Made by a program: the position numbers and the translations under genes. From an uncultured Acidobacteriota bacterium (GTDB lineage: Bacteria > Acidobacteriota > Thermoanaerobaculia > Multivoradales > UBA5704): a DNA stretch of 64,000 nucleotides. Under the pieces are notes generated by a model. It was not told the origin of the DNA, did no database searches, and saw only the letters and a program-made list of their open reading frames with translations. The stretch's first letter is position 1. The number at the start of each line of letters is the position of its first letter. The DNA lies in NCBI GenBank assembly GCA_963770895.1, contig CAVYRF010000002.1, positions 704,001-768,000 of the forward strand. The letters are read 5' to 3'. This document shows positions 23,600 to 33,530 of this stretch, in pieces.

Positions 23600-24385
23600 A
23601 TGCATCGCTGCACACGGATTTCCCGCTTCCTTCGGCCTGCCGGCCGTCCCGTCGTCGTGCTTTGCCTGCTGCTGACGGTGGCGCTCGCGGCGCTCACCGC
23701 CGCCGGGGCCGCGGCCGATACGCTGCTCACGGTCAAGGGGCATACGGACGGGGTGAAGATCGGCACGCGGGCGCAGGAGCCGCGCGATTCCGAAGTGAAA
23801 ATCTGGATTGCCAGCGACAAGATGCGGCGCGACGAAGGGACGCTGTCGGCGATCGTGCGCCTGGACCGCAAGAGGCTCTACTTGATCAACCACACCGACC
23901 GCACCTACACGATGGTGGACCTGCCGGTCGATTGGACCAAGCTGGTGCCGCCCCGTGACCAGGACAGCTTCAACCGCTTCTTGACCGACAACGCGATGAA
24001 GGCGGCGGTCACGCCCTCCACGGAAGCCAAAAAGATCCGCGGTTGGGACACCCATCGCGTCGATGTGGAGCTGACCAACTCCCACGGCCTGAAGGTCTCG
24101 ACGCAGATGTGGGTGACCAAGGACCTGGCGTTCTACACCGCCTACAATCAGATGTCCGCCAACCTGGCCTCGCTGCAGCCCAACGCCGCCGAATGGGCGC
24201 AGAAGATGAGCCAGCTGGGCGGCTTCCCGGTGTTCCAGGAAACCACGGTCAACGTCGGCGGCAGCAGCTTCAAATCGCGGGAAGAGCTGGTGGCGGCCGA
24301 CACCAAGGACGCACCCGCCGGCACCTACGACATCCCGGCGGGATTCACCGCCACCCCGTTCGACCCCTACAACGCGCCGCACTGA
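23600..24385 (+). CDS. Secreted DUF4412-like protein
   Basis: Signal peptide; IVRLDRKRLYLINH..RTY, KKIRGW, MWVT, GFPV, YDIPAGF. Confidence 0.75.
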   Translation: MHRCTRISRFLRPAGRPVVVLCLLLTVALAALTAAGAAADTLLTVKGHTDGVKIGTRAQEPRDSEVKIWIASDKMRRDEGTLSAIVRLDRKRLYLINHTDRTYTMVDLPVDWTKLVPPRDQDSFNRFLTDNAMKAAVTPSTEAKKIRGWDTHRVDVELTNSHGLKVSTQMWVTKDLAFYTAYNQMSANLASLQPNAAEWAQKMSQLGGFPVFQETTVNVGGSSFKSREELVAADTKDAPAGTYDIPAGFTATPFDPYNAPH

Positions 24386-24481
24386 CGCACCGCCGCCCCC
24401 TGACCGGCAAGGCCGCCGCCGGCGAGCGCGAGCGCTCGGCGGTTGACCTGGAGCGCAAAACCAGCTATCACTAGTCGCGTG

Positions 24482-24772
24482 ATGCTGGCCGGATTCTCGC
24501 AGCGCGCCACACGCCTGGCAGGGGCGGCGGTCACCATTGCCGCGCTTCTGTTAGTGCTCTTCACGTGCGCCATGCATCACCACGGCGCCAGCGAGCAGCA
24601 CTCGGATTGCCCGCTCTGCCAGTGGATCACCGACACTGGCGCCAGCCGGCTCACCAGCCCGCCCAGCTTGTCTTTGCCGGCGCCTGCCGGCGGGGTCGTG
24701 CCACAGGCTGCCGCTGCGGTCTGCGACCTCTCGCCCGCAACGATCGGCGCCCGCGCTCCTCCCTCCGCCTGA
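24482..24772 (+). CDS. DUF2946/CruR-like leader peptide (TM, His-rich, CxxC, RAPP)
   Basis: Hydrophobic segment, MHHHGASEQHSDCPLC, Pro-rich linker, C-terminal GARAPP; GTG 24479 is an alternative start. Confidence 0.75.
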   Translation: MLAGFSQRATRLAGAAVTIAALLLVLFTCAMHHHGASEQHSDCPLCQWITDTGASRLTSPPSLSLPAPAGGVVPQAAAAVCDLSPATIGARAPPSA

Positions 24773-24911
24773 ACCGACTCCAGGCCTGAGCCCTTTTCCA
24801 TCCCGCTCCCCCGAAGCATCGCCGGGGCGGGTGCGATAGCGGCTTACCCACCCAACGGCAGGAAGGTTCGCCGTGCGGCCGACCAGCGCAGGGTACGAGG
24901 AGACATTCATC

Positions 24912-25898
24912 GTGGCATCCGATCGAGCGGCGGTCGTCGACGACCCGCCGTTCCGCAACCCACCGCCGCCGGTTCGCATCGCGCGGCGCGTCCTGGCGGC
25001 AGCCGCCGCGCCAGTCGTGGCGGCGCTGCTGGCTCCGGCACTGTACGCGGTGCCCGCGCCGTCCGCGTCCGCCGCGGTCAGGCAGGCTCCGCTGCCTGTC
25101 GCGGCCAGCATCGCGCCCGCGGCCTACCTCGTGGACCGCCTCGCCGGCCCCCTTGCGACCACCACCGTCATGGTGCCGACGGGGGCCGAGGAGGAAACCT
25201 GGTCACCCACCCCGCGCCAGCTCGCCGCGCTGCTCGCGGCGCGCGTGTACGTCGCCGTCGGTCACCCCGCCTTCGTTTTTGAGAGCCGCGACCTGCTGCC
25301 GCTGCTCCGCATCCACCCCGAGATCCGCCTGATTTCCATGGCGCAGGGCGTCGATCCGTTGCCGATGGGACCGCCGCCGCACGGCGGCACTGCATCGAGC
25401 GATCCGCACATCTGGCTGGCGCCGGCGCCGATGGCCGCCGCCGCGCGCTCCGTTGCCGCCGCCTTGGTTGCCGTCGATCCGGCGCACAGCGCGATCTACG
25501 CCGCCAACCTCCGGCGCCTCGAACAGGACCTGCTGGTCCTGGACACGGCCTTCCGCCGGGTCGCCGCCGGCCCGCAACGCGTGCGCTTCGTCTCCTATCA
25601 CCCTGCCTGGGGTCACCTGGCCCACCAGTACGGCTTCGAACAGCTGGCCGTCGAGGCCGACGGCAAAGATCCGGGGACCGCCAGCCTGGTGGCGCTGGTG
25701 GCGGCGGCACGCTCCCACGACGTCCATCTCGTGCTGGTGCCTGCCGGCCTGCCGGCGCGTCTGACCGACTCGCTCGCGGCGGCGATCCGCGGCCAGGTGG
25801 TGACGGTCGACTACATGGCGCGCGACTGGCTATCCATGATGCAACGCCTGGCCGTCTTGTTCGCCGAGGTGGCGGCCCATGGACAAACCCATGGATGA
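24912..25898 (+). CDS. znuA: ZnuA/TroA-like metal ABC substrate-binding protein
   Basis: DPHIWL, YAANL, YHPAWGHLA motifs; GAGGAG RBS before GTG 24912. Confidence 0.85.
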   Translation: MASDRAAVVDDPPFRNPPPPVRIARRVLAAAAAPVVAALLAPALYAVPAPSASAAVRQAPLPVAASIAPAAYLVDRLAGPLATTTVMVPTGAEEETWSPTPRQLAALLAARVYVAVGHPAFVFESRDLLPLLRIHPEIRLISMAQGVDPLPMGPPPHGGTASSDPHIWLAPAPMAAAARSVAAALVAVDPAHSAIYAANLRRLEQDLLVLDTAFRRVAAGPQRVRFVSYHPAWGHLAHQYGFEQLAVEADGKDPGTASLVALVAAARSHDVHLVLVPAGLPARLTDSLAAAIRGQVVTVDYMARDWLSMMQRLAVLFAEVAAHGQTHG

Positions 25899-26577
25899 AC
25901 CCTGGCCTCTCCTCGAGGTGCGCGGCGTGACCTTCGGCTATGGGCGCGAGGTGGTGCTCGAAGACGTCGACCTGACGGTTGGCGGGCGCGACTTCCTGGT
26001 CCTCGCGGGTCCCAATGGCGGCGGCAAGACGACGCTGCTCAAGCTCATGCTCGGCCTGCTCAGCCCCTGGCGCGGCGAAGTGAGACGCCATCTCCGGCGC
26101 CGCCGCGGCGGCATCGGCTACGTGCCGCAATTCTCCACCTTCGACCGCAACTTCCCATTGCGCGTTGAAAGCCTGGTGCTGATGGGACGGCTTGCGCACG
26201 GCGGCCTGCTGCGCGCCTACAGTCGCGACGACCGCCGCGAGGCGGCGCGGGCGCTCCATCGCCTGCGCTTGACCCACCTTGCCAAGCTGCCGATCGCCGA
26301 CCTTTCGGGCGGCGAGGCACAGCGCGTGCTGATCGCCCGCGCGCTGGCCGGCGATCCCGAGATCCTGATGCTCGACGAGCCCACCGCGTCGGTGGATCCC
26401 AACGCGCGTGACGTGCTGGCCGCGGTGCTCGTCGAGCTCAACCGCCGCATCCCGGTGGTGGTCGTGACGCACGACCTCGCCTCGTTCTGCGGCCAGGCGA
26501 CGCGGATCGCCCACATCCATCGCACGCTGACGCTGCGAACCTGGCCTGCCGCGGCCACGCATGGGGTCCCGCAATGA
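25879..26577 (+). CDS. znuC: ZnuC-like metal ABC ATPase
   Basis: GPNGGGKT, GYVPQ, LSGGE, LDEPT, VTHD. Confidence 0.9.
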   Translation: MDKPMDEPWPLLEVRGVTFGYGREVVLEDVDLTVGGRDFLVLAGPNGGGKTTLLKLMLGLLSPWRGEVRRHLRRRRGGIGYVPQFSTFDRNFPLRVESLVLMGRLAHGGLLRAYSRDDRREAARALHRLRLTHLAKLPIADLSGGEAQRVLIARALAGDPEILMLDEPTASVDPNARDVLAAVLVELNRRIPVVVVTHDLASFCGQATRIAHIHRTLTLRTWPAAATHGVPQ

Positions 26578-27425
26578 GCGCCTGGCGTGCCGCGCTCGAC
26601 CTTGGCCTGGTGCGCAACGCCGTCTGCGCCGGGCTGGTCGCCAGCGTGTTGTGCGGCGTGGTCGGCGTCTTCGTGGTCGCCAAGCGCCTGACCTTTATCG
26701 GCGACGGCATCAGCCACGCCGCATTCGCCGGCCTCGGCCTCTGCTTTTTGCTGGGCGCCGATCCTCGTCTGGGAGCCCTGGCCACCGCCGTGCTGTTCGC
26801 GCTCATTCTGGGGTTCGCCGGCACCTCCGCTGCGCGCCGCCACGACGCTCTCATCGGCGTCCTGTACGCCGTCGGCATGTCGCTTGGCATCGTTTTCGTG
26901 CATCAGGCGCCGGGGTATGCCCCCAACCTGATGACCTACCTGTTTGGCAACCTGCTGCTCACCACGCCGGCGGACGTGCACCTCACCCTGGCACTCACCG
27001 TGGCCGTCCTTGTGGCGCTCGCCCTGCTGCGCAAGCCGCTGGTCGCCGTCGCCTTCGACGAGGAGCTCGCCTTCGTGCAGGGGGTGCCGGTAAAGACAAT
27101 GGTGATCGTTCTCCTGCTGCTCGTTGCCGTCACCGTGGTGCTGATCATCCAGGTCGTCGGCGTGATCCTGGTCCTCGCGCTGCTGACCCTGCCGCCGCTC
27201 ACCGCCATGGCCCTGGCCCGCGACCTGCGGCCGGTGATTGCGCTCTCCGTGACGGCGGCGCTGGCCAGCACCACGGGCGGCCTCGCCCTCTCCTACCGCT
27301 GGGACCTGCCCTCAGGACCGGCCATCGTGCTGCTTGGCGCAGCGCTTCTCGCGACGGCGCACCTTGCCGCGCTGCTAGGTCGCGGTGACCGGCGGCGCCG
27401 CCTTTCCGGGAGACCTCGGAGATGA
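26574..27425 (+). CDS. znuB: ZnuB-like metal ABC permease (ABC-3)
   Basis: GDGISHAAFAG, YLFGN, AFDEELA, VGVILV, LPSGP. Confidence 0.9.
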   Translation: MSAWRAALDLGLVRNAVCAGLVASVLCGVVGVFVVAKRLTFIGDGISHAAFAGLGLCFLLGADPRLGALATAVLFALILGFAGTSAARRHDALIGVLYAVGMSLGIVFVHQAPGYAPNLMTYLFGNLLLTTPADVHLTLALTVAVLVALALLRKPLVAVAFDEELAFVQGVPVKTMVIVLLLLVAVTVVLIIQVVGVILVLALLTLPPLTAMALARDLRPVIALSVTAALASTTGGLALSYRWDLPSGPAIVLLGAALLATAHLAALLGRGDRRRRLSGRPRR

Positions 27426-29785
27426 CCGTTCCGCCTCTGCTGTCCGCCATCCTTACCGGCACCTGGGACGCTTTCTTGCTTGCCGCGCCCTTCGTGCTCT
27501 TCGGCCTGCTGATCGCCGCACTGCTGCAGGTGCTCATCCCGCGATCGCGCATGGCGCGCTTCATGGGGGGCGGCGGCCTGGCGGCGGCGGGGCGCGCCGC
27601 GCTCCTCGGCATCCCCTTGCCGATCTGCAGCTGCGGCATCGTACCCGTCGCCATCGCCCTGCGCCGTCGCGGCGCCAGCCGTCCGGCGATCCTCTCTTTC
27701 CTGATCACCACGCCGGAGTCGAGTGTGGATGCGATGGTCCTCACCTGGGGCCTGATGGGGCCGCTGATGGCCACCGCCCGCCTGGTCGCCGCCCTGGCCG
27801 GCGCCATGGCCGCGGCGGTGCTGGCCATCGCCGGCTTTGCTCCCGAAGGCGCCGCCGCCGCTGGAGGCAGCGGCGATCCCGGCAGCGGCGGCGAGGCCGC
27901 CGGCAGCGTTCCCGATCGCGCCAACCACGCTGACCATCCCGATCACGCCGGCCACTCCCATTCCCACCCGGCGGACCAGGACGACGGCACCATCGGCTGG
28001 CGCACCCTCTGGGCATCACTGCGGACGGCGGTGGTCAAACCCTGGCGGTCGGTGTCACCGCCGGCGCCGCCGCCGTCGACACCCGCGGCGGTCGAGCCGG
28101 CAGCTCCGCACCAGCCGCCAGCGGTGGCCGCGCCGCCGCTTGGCAGGCTGCTGCGCACTGCCCTGCGGGGCCCCTTCCTCGAACTTGTGGATGACGTCGT
28201 GTTCTGGCTGGTGATCGGCCTGTTCGCCGCCGGGACGATCGAGGCCCTGATGCCGTCGGGGCTCGCCGCGGCGAGCGCGGGCGGCGGCCTGGCGGCCATG
28301 CTCCTTCTCCTTCTTGTGGCCGTGCCGATGTACGTCTGCGCCTCCGCCAGCACTCCCATCGCCGCCGCGCTAGTCGCCAAGGGCGTCAGCCCGGGCGCAG
28401 CCCTGGTCTTTCTGCTGGCGGGTCCCGCCACCAACATGGCGACCATCACCCTGATCGCCCGCCACTTCGGCGCCCGCTTCCTGCGCATCTATCTCGCGAG
28501 CGCCATCGGCGTCGCGATCGCCTGCGGCCTGGCGCTCGATGCGCTCGCCGGCGCGCTCGGCTGGCGGATCACCGGCCAGCTCGCCTCCCAGGCCGACGAC
28601 ACGTCCGCCTCCTTCGAGCTGCTCTGCGCCCTCGCCCTGCTCGCCCTGATCGTCTGGCGCCTGTGGGCAGGCGCGGCGCACAAGGGCATCGGCGAGCTGC
28701 GCTCCAACCTGCGCGGCCTCGGGCGCTGGCTGAAGTCGACGCCCGCCGCCCGGCGGTTCTCGCAGCGGTGGCCGCAGGCCCGGCGCCGGCTGCCGCACGC
28801 CGTCGCGGCCGGCCTGCTGTCCGCCTATCTGCTATCCGGCCTTGCCGCCGTGCCGGCCGGCTCGCAGGGATTCGAGCTGTGCTTTGGCCACCTGCTGCCC
28901 GGCCGGCTGGGACCGGGCCTCCACTGGCTGCCACCCCGGCCTTTCGCCCGCCTGGATGTCTGGCGGGTCGCCTACCCGCGCTTGTCGGAAGTCGGTTTTC
29001 GCACCGACCCGGCCCTGCTTGCCAACCGCCAGGCGATGCTGCGGAGCGCCGATCCCGCCCAGTGGCACAGCCCGGTGGCGGCGATGAACACCGACAGCCG
29101 CGAGGCGGCATACCTGGCGGGCGACGAGAACCTGCTGGAGATGAGCTTCGCGGTGCAGTATCAGCTGGCCAACCCGCGCGCCTTCCTCTACGGCCTGGAT
29201 CGCGAGCACGACCTGGTGGGACTCTGCGCCCAGGCGGCGGCGCGCCAGCTGGTGGCCGCCGCGGCGCTCGATGAGCTGCTGACCGCCGGGCGCAGCCGTC
29301 TCGAAGCCGCGCTGGCCGCCGAGATCCAGCGCCGCCTCGACCGGCTGGACGCCGGCGCACACGTTGCCTCGGTCCAGATCGTCGATCTTCATCCGCCCCA
29401 AGACGCCGTGTTCGCCTTCCGCGACGTCGCGAGCGCGCGCGAGGACAGGGATCGCCGCATCCAGTCGGCGCTCGCCGAAAGCGAGACGCAGGTGCCGCTG
29501 GCGCGCGGCAACGCCAGCATGGCGGTGCGCGGCGCGCAGGCGACCGCCGACGCCGCTCGCACCGAGGCCGCCGGCAGAGCCGAGGCGTTTGAGGCGCGCG
29601 CCGACGCCTTCGCACCTCACCGCGACATCCTGCGCGATCTCCTGTGGCTGGAGACCGAGGAGAAGGTGTTGCCAGGACGTCGTAAGTTCATCGTGCCGCC
29701 GGGCACCGCCGGCCGCCGTGTCGTGCTTTGGCCCGATCAACCGGCAGCAGCCCCGCCGGCGTTTCCTGACACGGGAGAGAGGTAG
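27422..29785 (+). CDS. SO_0444/DUF318-type metal permease fused to an SPFH (HflK-like) domain
   Basis: PLPICSCG, TPES, His loop HADHPDHAGHSHSH, MYVCASASTP, GPATN; then GDENLL, VQY, HPP..AFRDVASARED. Confidence 0.85.
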   Translation: MTVPPLLSAILTGTWDAFLLAAPFVLFGLLIAALLQVLIPRSRMARFMGGGGLAAAGRAALLGIPLPICSCGIVPVAIALRRRGASRPAILSFLITTPESSVDAMVLTWGLMGPLMATARLVAALAGAMAAAVLAIAGFAPEGAAAAGGSGDPGSGGEAAGSVPDRANHADHPDHAGHSHSHPADQDDGTIGWRTLWASLRTAVVKPWRSVSPPAPPPSTPAAVEPAAPHQPPAVAAPPLGRLLRTALRGPFLELVDDVVFWLVIGLFAAGTIEALMPSGLAAASAGGGLAAMLLLLLVAVPMYVCASASTPIAAALVAKGVSPGAALVFLLAGPATNMATITLIARHFGARFLRIYLASAIGVAIACGLALDALAGALGWRITGQLASQADDTSASFELLCALALLALIVWRLWAGAAHKGIGELRSNLRGLGRWLKSTPAARRFSQRWPQARRRLPHAVAAGLLSAYLLSGLAAVPAGSQGFELCFGHLLPGRLGPGLHWLPPRPFARLDVWRVAYPRLSEVGFRTDPALLANRQAMLRSADPAQWHSPVAAMNTDSREAAYLAGDENLLEMSFAVQYQLANPRAFLYGLDREHDLVGLCAQAAARQLVAAAALDELLTAGRSRLEAALAAEIQRRLDRLDAGAHVASVQIVDLHPPQDAVFAFRDVASAREDRDRRIQSALAESETQVPLARGNASMAVRGAQATADAARTEAAGRAEAFEARADAFAPHRDILRDLLWLETEEKVLPGRRKFIVPPGTAGRRVVLWPDQPAAAPPAFPDTGER

Positions 29786-29787
29786 AT

Positions 29788-30663
29788 ATGAGCCGCCGAT
29801 TCTCGACCGTCGCGTACCTGGCCGGCGTCGCCGCCGCCGGTCTGCTCCTGACCTCGCTCTTTACCGTCGACGAAGGGCAGGTGGCGATCGTCACCCGCTT
29901 CGGCCGCCCCCTGGCGGGCGTCGACGGCCCCGGCCTTCATCGCAAGGCGCCATGGCCGATCGATACCGTCCTGCGCTTCGACTCGCGACTGCTGGTCTTT
30001 GCCAGCGGTCCCACCGAGATGCTGACCGCGGATCGGAAGAACGTCGTCGTGGACAGCTTCCTCTGCTGGCGCATCGCCGATCCCGTTCTCTTCGCCCAGA
30101 CCGTCCGCACGCGGCAAGAGGCCGAAGCGCGGCTGCTCGACTTCATCGCCTCGGAGATGGGCGCCGCCGTCGGGCGCGAGCCAATGGAAAGCTTCATTCA
30201 CGCCGGCGGCTCGGTGCGCCTGCGGGCCGTGGCCGACGGCGCCGCCGCGTCGATCGGCCGCCTGACTGCGGCCAGCCTGGGCGTCAAGGTGGTGGACCTG
30301 GAGATCAACGGATTCAACCTGCCGGCGCAGAACCGCGACAGCGTGATCGAGCGCATGCGCGCCGAGCGCGGTCGCATGGCCAGCCGCTACCGCAGCGAGG
30401 GCGACGAGCAGGCGCTCAAGATCCAGGCGCAGGCGGCCGCCGAGCGCGAGGCCATCCTGGCCGCCGCCGGCTCCCAGGCCGAGGCAATCCGCGGCCACGG
30501 CGAGGCCGACGCGCTGCGCATCTTTGGCGCCGCCTATGCCAAGGACCCCGCCCTGTATCGCTTCCTGCGCACCTTGGAGAGCTACGAGACGGTCATCGAC
30601 GACAAGACGACCCTCTTCCTGCAATCCGATTCGAAGCTCCTGCGAGCCCTCGATGGCAACTAG
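29788..30663 (+). CDS. hflC: HflC-like SPFH protein
   Basis: FTVDE..AIVTRFG, LTADRKNVVVD, WRIADP, RMRAER, YRFLRTLESY. Confidence 0.88.
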   Translation: MSRRFSTVAYLAGVAAAGLLLTSLFTVDEGQVAIVTRFGRPLAGVDGPGLHRKAPWPIDTVLRFDSRLLVFASGPTEMLTADRKNVVVDSFLCWRIADPVLFAQTVRTRQEAEARLLDFIASEMGAAVGREPMESFIHAGGSVRLRAVADGAAASIGRLTAASLGVKVVDLEINGFNLPAQNRDSVIERMRAERGRMASRYRSEGDEQALKIQAQAAAEREAILAAAGSQAEAIRGHGEADALRIFGAAYAKDPALYRFLRTLESYETVIDDKTTLFLQSDSKLLRALDGN

Positions 30664-31669
30664 CGACATGCCCCCCAGCGTGCGCATCCTGCGCGCCGCC
30701 GCTGCCTACCTGCGTCAGCGCCGTCGCCTCGCCTTGGTGATCCTGGCGCTCGTCGCGATCGGCGGTTGGCTCGGCGCCGGCGTCTACACCGTCGGCAACG
30801 GTGCCGCCGCCGTCGTCCGCCGCTTCGGCCGCCTGGCGCACGGCGGCGTCGAACCCGGCCTGCACCTTGCGATGCCGCCCGGTATCGATGCCGTCACCTC
30901 GGTCAAGACTGGACAGGTCCAACGGATCACGGTCGCTGGTGACGAAGGGCGTCCGCTATCGCTCGTCACCGGCGACGAAAACCTCATCGACACGATCCTG
31001 GTGGTGCAATATCGCGTCAGCTCGCCAGGCTCGTATCTGTTTCGCGCCGAGGATCCCGCCGCGCTGCTCGCCCGGGCAGTCCAGGCCGCCCTGGTGGACG
31101 AGGTGGCCCACCGCACCGTCGAAGACGTGCTGACTTCCGGCAAGGCGGCCGTACAAAACGAGGTGCGGCGCAAAGCACAGGAGATGTTGCAACGGTACGG
31201 CGCCGGCCTCAGCCTGGTCGCCGTCGCTTTTCAGACGATCACCCCGCCCGCCGAGGCGGCGCCCGCCTTCCTCGCCGTAAGCGACGCACGGGCACAAGCG
31301 GCGCGTGCCGTCAACCTGGCGCAGAGCCGCCGCGAGACCTCTCTCAACCTGGAGCATGGACGCGCCGAGCGCTTGGTGGACGAAGCCCGCACCTGGGCCG
31401 ACCAGCGGGTGCAGAAGGCCCGCGGCGCCGCCAGCCGCTTCGAGCAGGTGCTTGCCCAGGCCCGCCGGGTCCCCGAGCAGACCCATACTGACTTCTACCT
31501 CGCCATGGTTCGCAAGGTCCTGCCCAAGGCCCGCATCGTCGTCCTCGCTCCCGGCGAGACCCCGCGCCTCGACATCTATCTGACCCCACCGCCGCACGTC
31601 GCCGCACCGCCCGCCGGCGCCGGCCTGCCGGCGGAGGGTGTGCCGCCGGCCAGTCCTGATGGGAGTTAG
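30653..31669 (+). CDS. hflK: HflK-like SPFH protein
   Basis: VVRRFG, PGLH, VTGDENLI, VQYRV, PPAEAAPAF, ARGAASRF. Confidence 0.85.
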   Translation: MATSDMPPSVRILRAAAAYLRQRRRLALVILALVAIGGWLGAGVYTVGNGAAAVVRRFGRLAHGGVEPGLHLAMPPGIDAVTSVKTGQVQRITVAGDEGRPLSLVTGDENLIDTILVVQYRVSSPGSYLFRAEDPAALLARAVQAALVDEVAHRTVEDVLTSGKAAVQNEVRRKAQEMLQRYGAGLSLVAVAFQTITPPAEAAPAFLAVSDARAQAARAVNLAQSRRETSLNLEHGRAERLVDEARTWADQRVQKARGAASRFEQVLAQARRVPEQTHTDFYLAMVRKVLPKARIVVLAPGETPRLDIYLTPPPHVAAPPAGAGLPAEGVPPASPDGS

Positions 31670-31682
31670 GGTTAGCGACTCA

Positions 31683-33494
31683 CTAGTCGTCGCGGTTCTG
31701 CGAGATCTGGCGGCGCAGCAGCTCGTTTTCGAAGGCCATGCCGACCTGGGCGGTCGCCAGCTCCAGGATGTCGATGTCTTCGATCGGCTCTTCGCGGTCG
31801 CCATTGTCGGTGTAGATGACCGAGATCACGCGCTGCGCGCCCAGGACGGGGAAGACCACGACCTGGCCGTTGCGCGACCGTCCGACCAGGGTGCGGAACG
31901 GTTCGGCCAGGCCGGCTTCGTCGAAGTGCACCGACTGCACTTCGCCCAGCGCCAGGCTGCGGGAAAAGACGCTTTCGGAGTTTGTGGCCAGTTTGATGCC
32001 GCGCGTCAGCTCGGCGAGCGGGCGCCCGGCGGCGTCGGCGCCGAAGGCGCCCAGGGCCACCAGGTGGTCGCGCTTGACCAGGAACAGCACGGCGCGCTCG
32101 ACCGATTCGGAGATGATGTGCATCAGGTTGAGCGCCACGGTGGCGGAGATCAGCCCTGAACGCAGATCGCCGAAAACCCGTCGCAGGCGCGCCACTCCCG
32201 ATTGGGAAGCGGTTTCGGGCACGATGGGCGCCGCCGCGGGGCCCGGCAGCAGGTCGTCGCGGCTGTCGATGAGGTTTTCGACGCACGCGGCGATGGCTTC
32301 GACGTCGGGCGGCAGCGCATTGAGCATCCCGGCGGCGTAGACCTTGACGATCGGCGTACCGGGGTCGACCACCGCGATCAGCGAGGCGCGCGGACGCGCC
32401 CGCCGCAGGGCCGTGGCCTGCTCCAGCGTCACGCCGCCGGGACGCAGATCCACCACCACGATGGGCGGCGGCTCACCCGGACCCGCCATCCCCGCCTGGT
32501 CGATGCCCATGCCTTCCACGCCGGCCACCTGGTGGTGCAGCACCTGCGCCAGCCGCTCGCAGAGCACCGCATCGGCGGAGACGATCTGCAGGTGCAGGCG
32601 CTCGACGGCGTGCGTCGGCGCTTCGCCGCGGCGCGGCTCCGCCTGCGGCCTGGGCTCGAGCAGCATGACCGCCGCCGCGGATCCCACCGTGGTGAGGGCG
32701 ACGGCCTGATCCAGCGACGGGTTGGTGGCGTCGCCATCCGCATAGCCGCCCATCGCCGGCGTCGCCCCCGCACCGTGCGACGGCGCGTGCGCAGCGCTTG
32801 CAGCCATCGGGCCGCTGGCAGCCAGCGGAGCCAACGACCCGAGCGGCAGCATGTGGCCGCCGCCCATGGCGTCGTCACCGGCGGCGCCGGCGTGCCGGGC
32901 GCCGGCGGGGAGCGAACGGCGCAGCTCGGCCAGGCCGGGGATGCCGCCGCCGGCCGGTTCGGCGACTTCGCCACGCCCGCGGTTGCGTTCCCGCTCGTCG
33001 AAGATGCGGGCGGCTTCGAGCAACACCATCTGGGTGTTGATGTCGGCGTCCGGCAGCACGTCGCTGGGGTACAGCGCGATGTCGTCGATCGGCCGCAGGT
33101 CGTCGATGGCGAATTCGAAGGTGCCGGTTTCCCAGACCATCACTTCGGAGACCGCCTGCTCGATCTGCTGGCCGATGACGCGGCGCAGCCCTTCGGCGTC
33201 GATGGCGCCGGACGCCACCAGCATCTGTCCGAGCGAGCGCCGCTCGCGTTCGAGGGACTGCGATTCGATCGCCCGGTCGAGCGTGTGGGTGCTGATCAAG
33301 CCCGAGGAGATCAACAGGTCGCCCAGCTTGGGCGTGCGCGGAGCCTGCGCCGACACCAGCCGGCCGCCGTGGAAGCCGATCACGGCGCGCTGGGCGCCGC
33401 GCGTCAGCAGCAGCGTGCCGGTGCGCCGTCCCAGGTGGATGAACTGCATGACGTCCGCGACGGAGACGTCTTTCAGACTACCGGAAATGGCCAT
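31683..33494 (-). CDS. DUF4388 + degenerate receiver + GAF-like protein
   Basis: ISGSLKDVSVADVMQF..RRTGTL, WETGTFEF, LLEAARIFDE; C-terminal GAF-like segment. Confidence 0.8.
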   Translation of the reverse strand: MAISGSLKDVSVADVMQFIHLGRRTGTLLLTRGAQRAVIGFHGGRLVSAQAPRTPKLGDLLISSGLISTHTLDRAIESQSLERERRSLGQMLVASGAIDAEGLRRVIGQQIEQAVSEVMVWETGTFEFAIDDLRPIDDIALYPSDVLPDADINTQMVLLEAARIFDERERNRGRGEVAEPAGGGIPGLAELRRSLPAGARHAGAAGDDAMGGGHMLPLGSLAPLAASGPMAASAAHAPSHGAGATPAMGGYADGDATNPSLDQAVALTTVGSAAAVMLLEPRPQAEPRRGEAPTHAVERLHLQIVSADAVLCERLAQVLHHQVAGVEGMGIDQAGMAGPGEPPPIVVVDLRPGGVTLEQATALRRARPRASLIAVVDPGTPIVKVYAAGMLNALPPDVEAIAACVENLIDSRDDLLPGPAAAPIVPETASQSGVARLRRVFGDLRSGLISATVALNLMHIISESVERAVLFLVKRDHLVALGAFGADAAGRPLAELTRGIKLATNSESVFSRSLALGEVQSVHFDEAGLAEPFRTLVGRSRNGQVVVFPVLGAQRVISVIYTDNGDREEPIEDIDILELATAQVGMAFENELLRRQISQNRDD

Positions 33495-33530
33495 CGCTCT
33501 GACTTTCGGGTGTGCCGCGCGGTCCGGACT

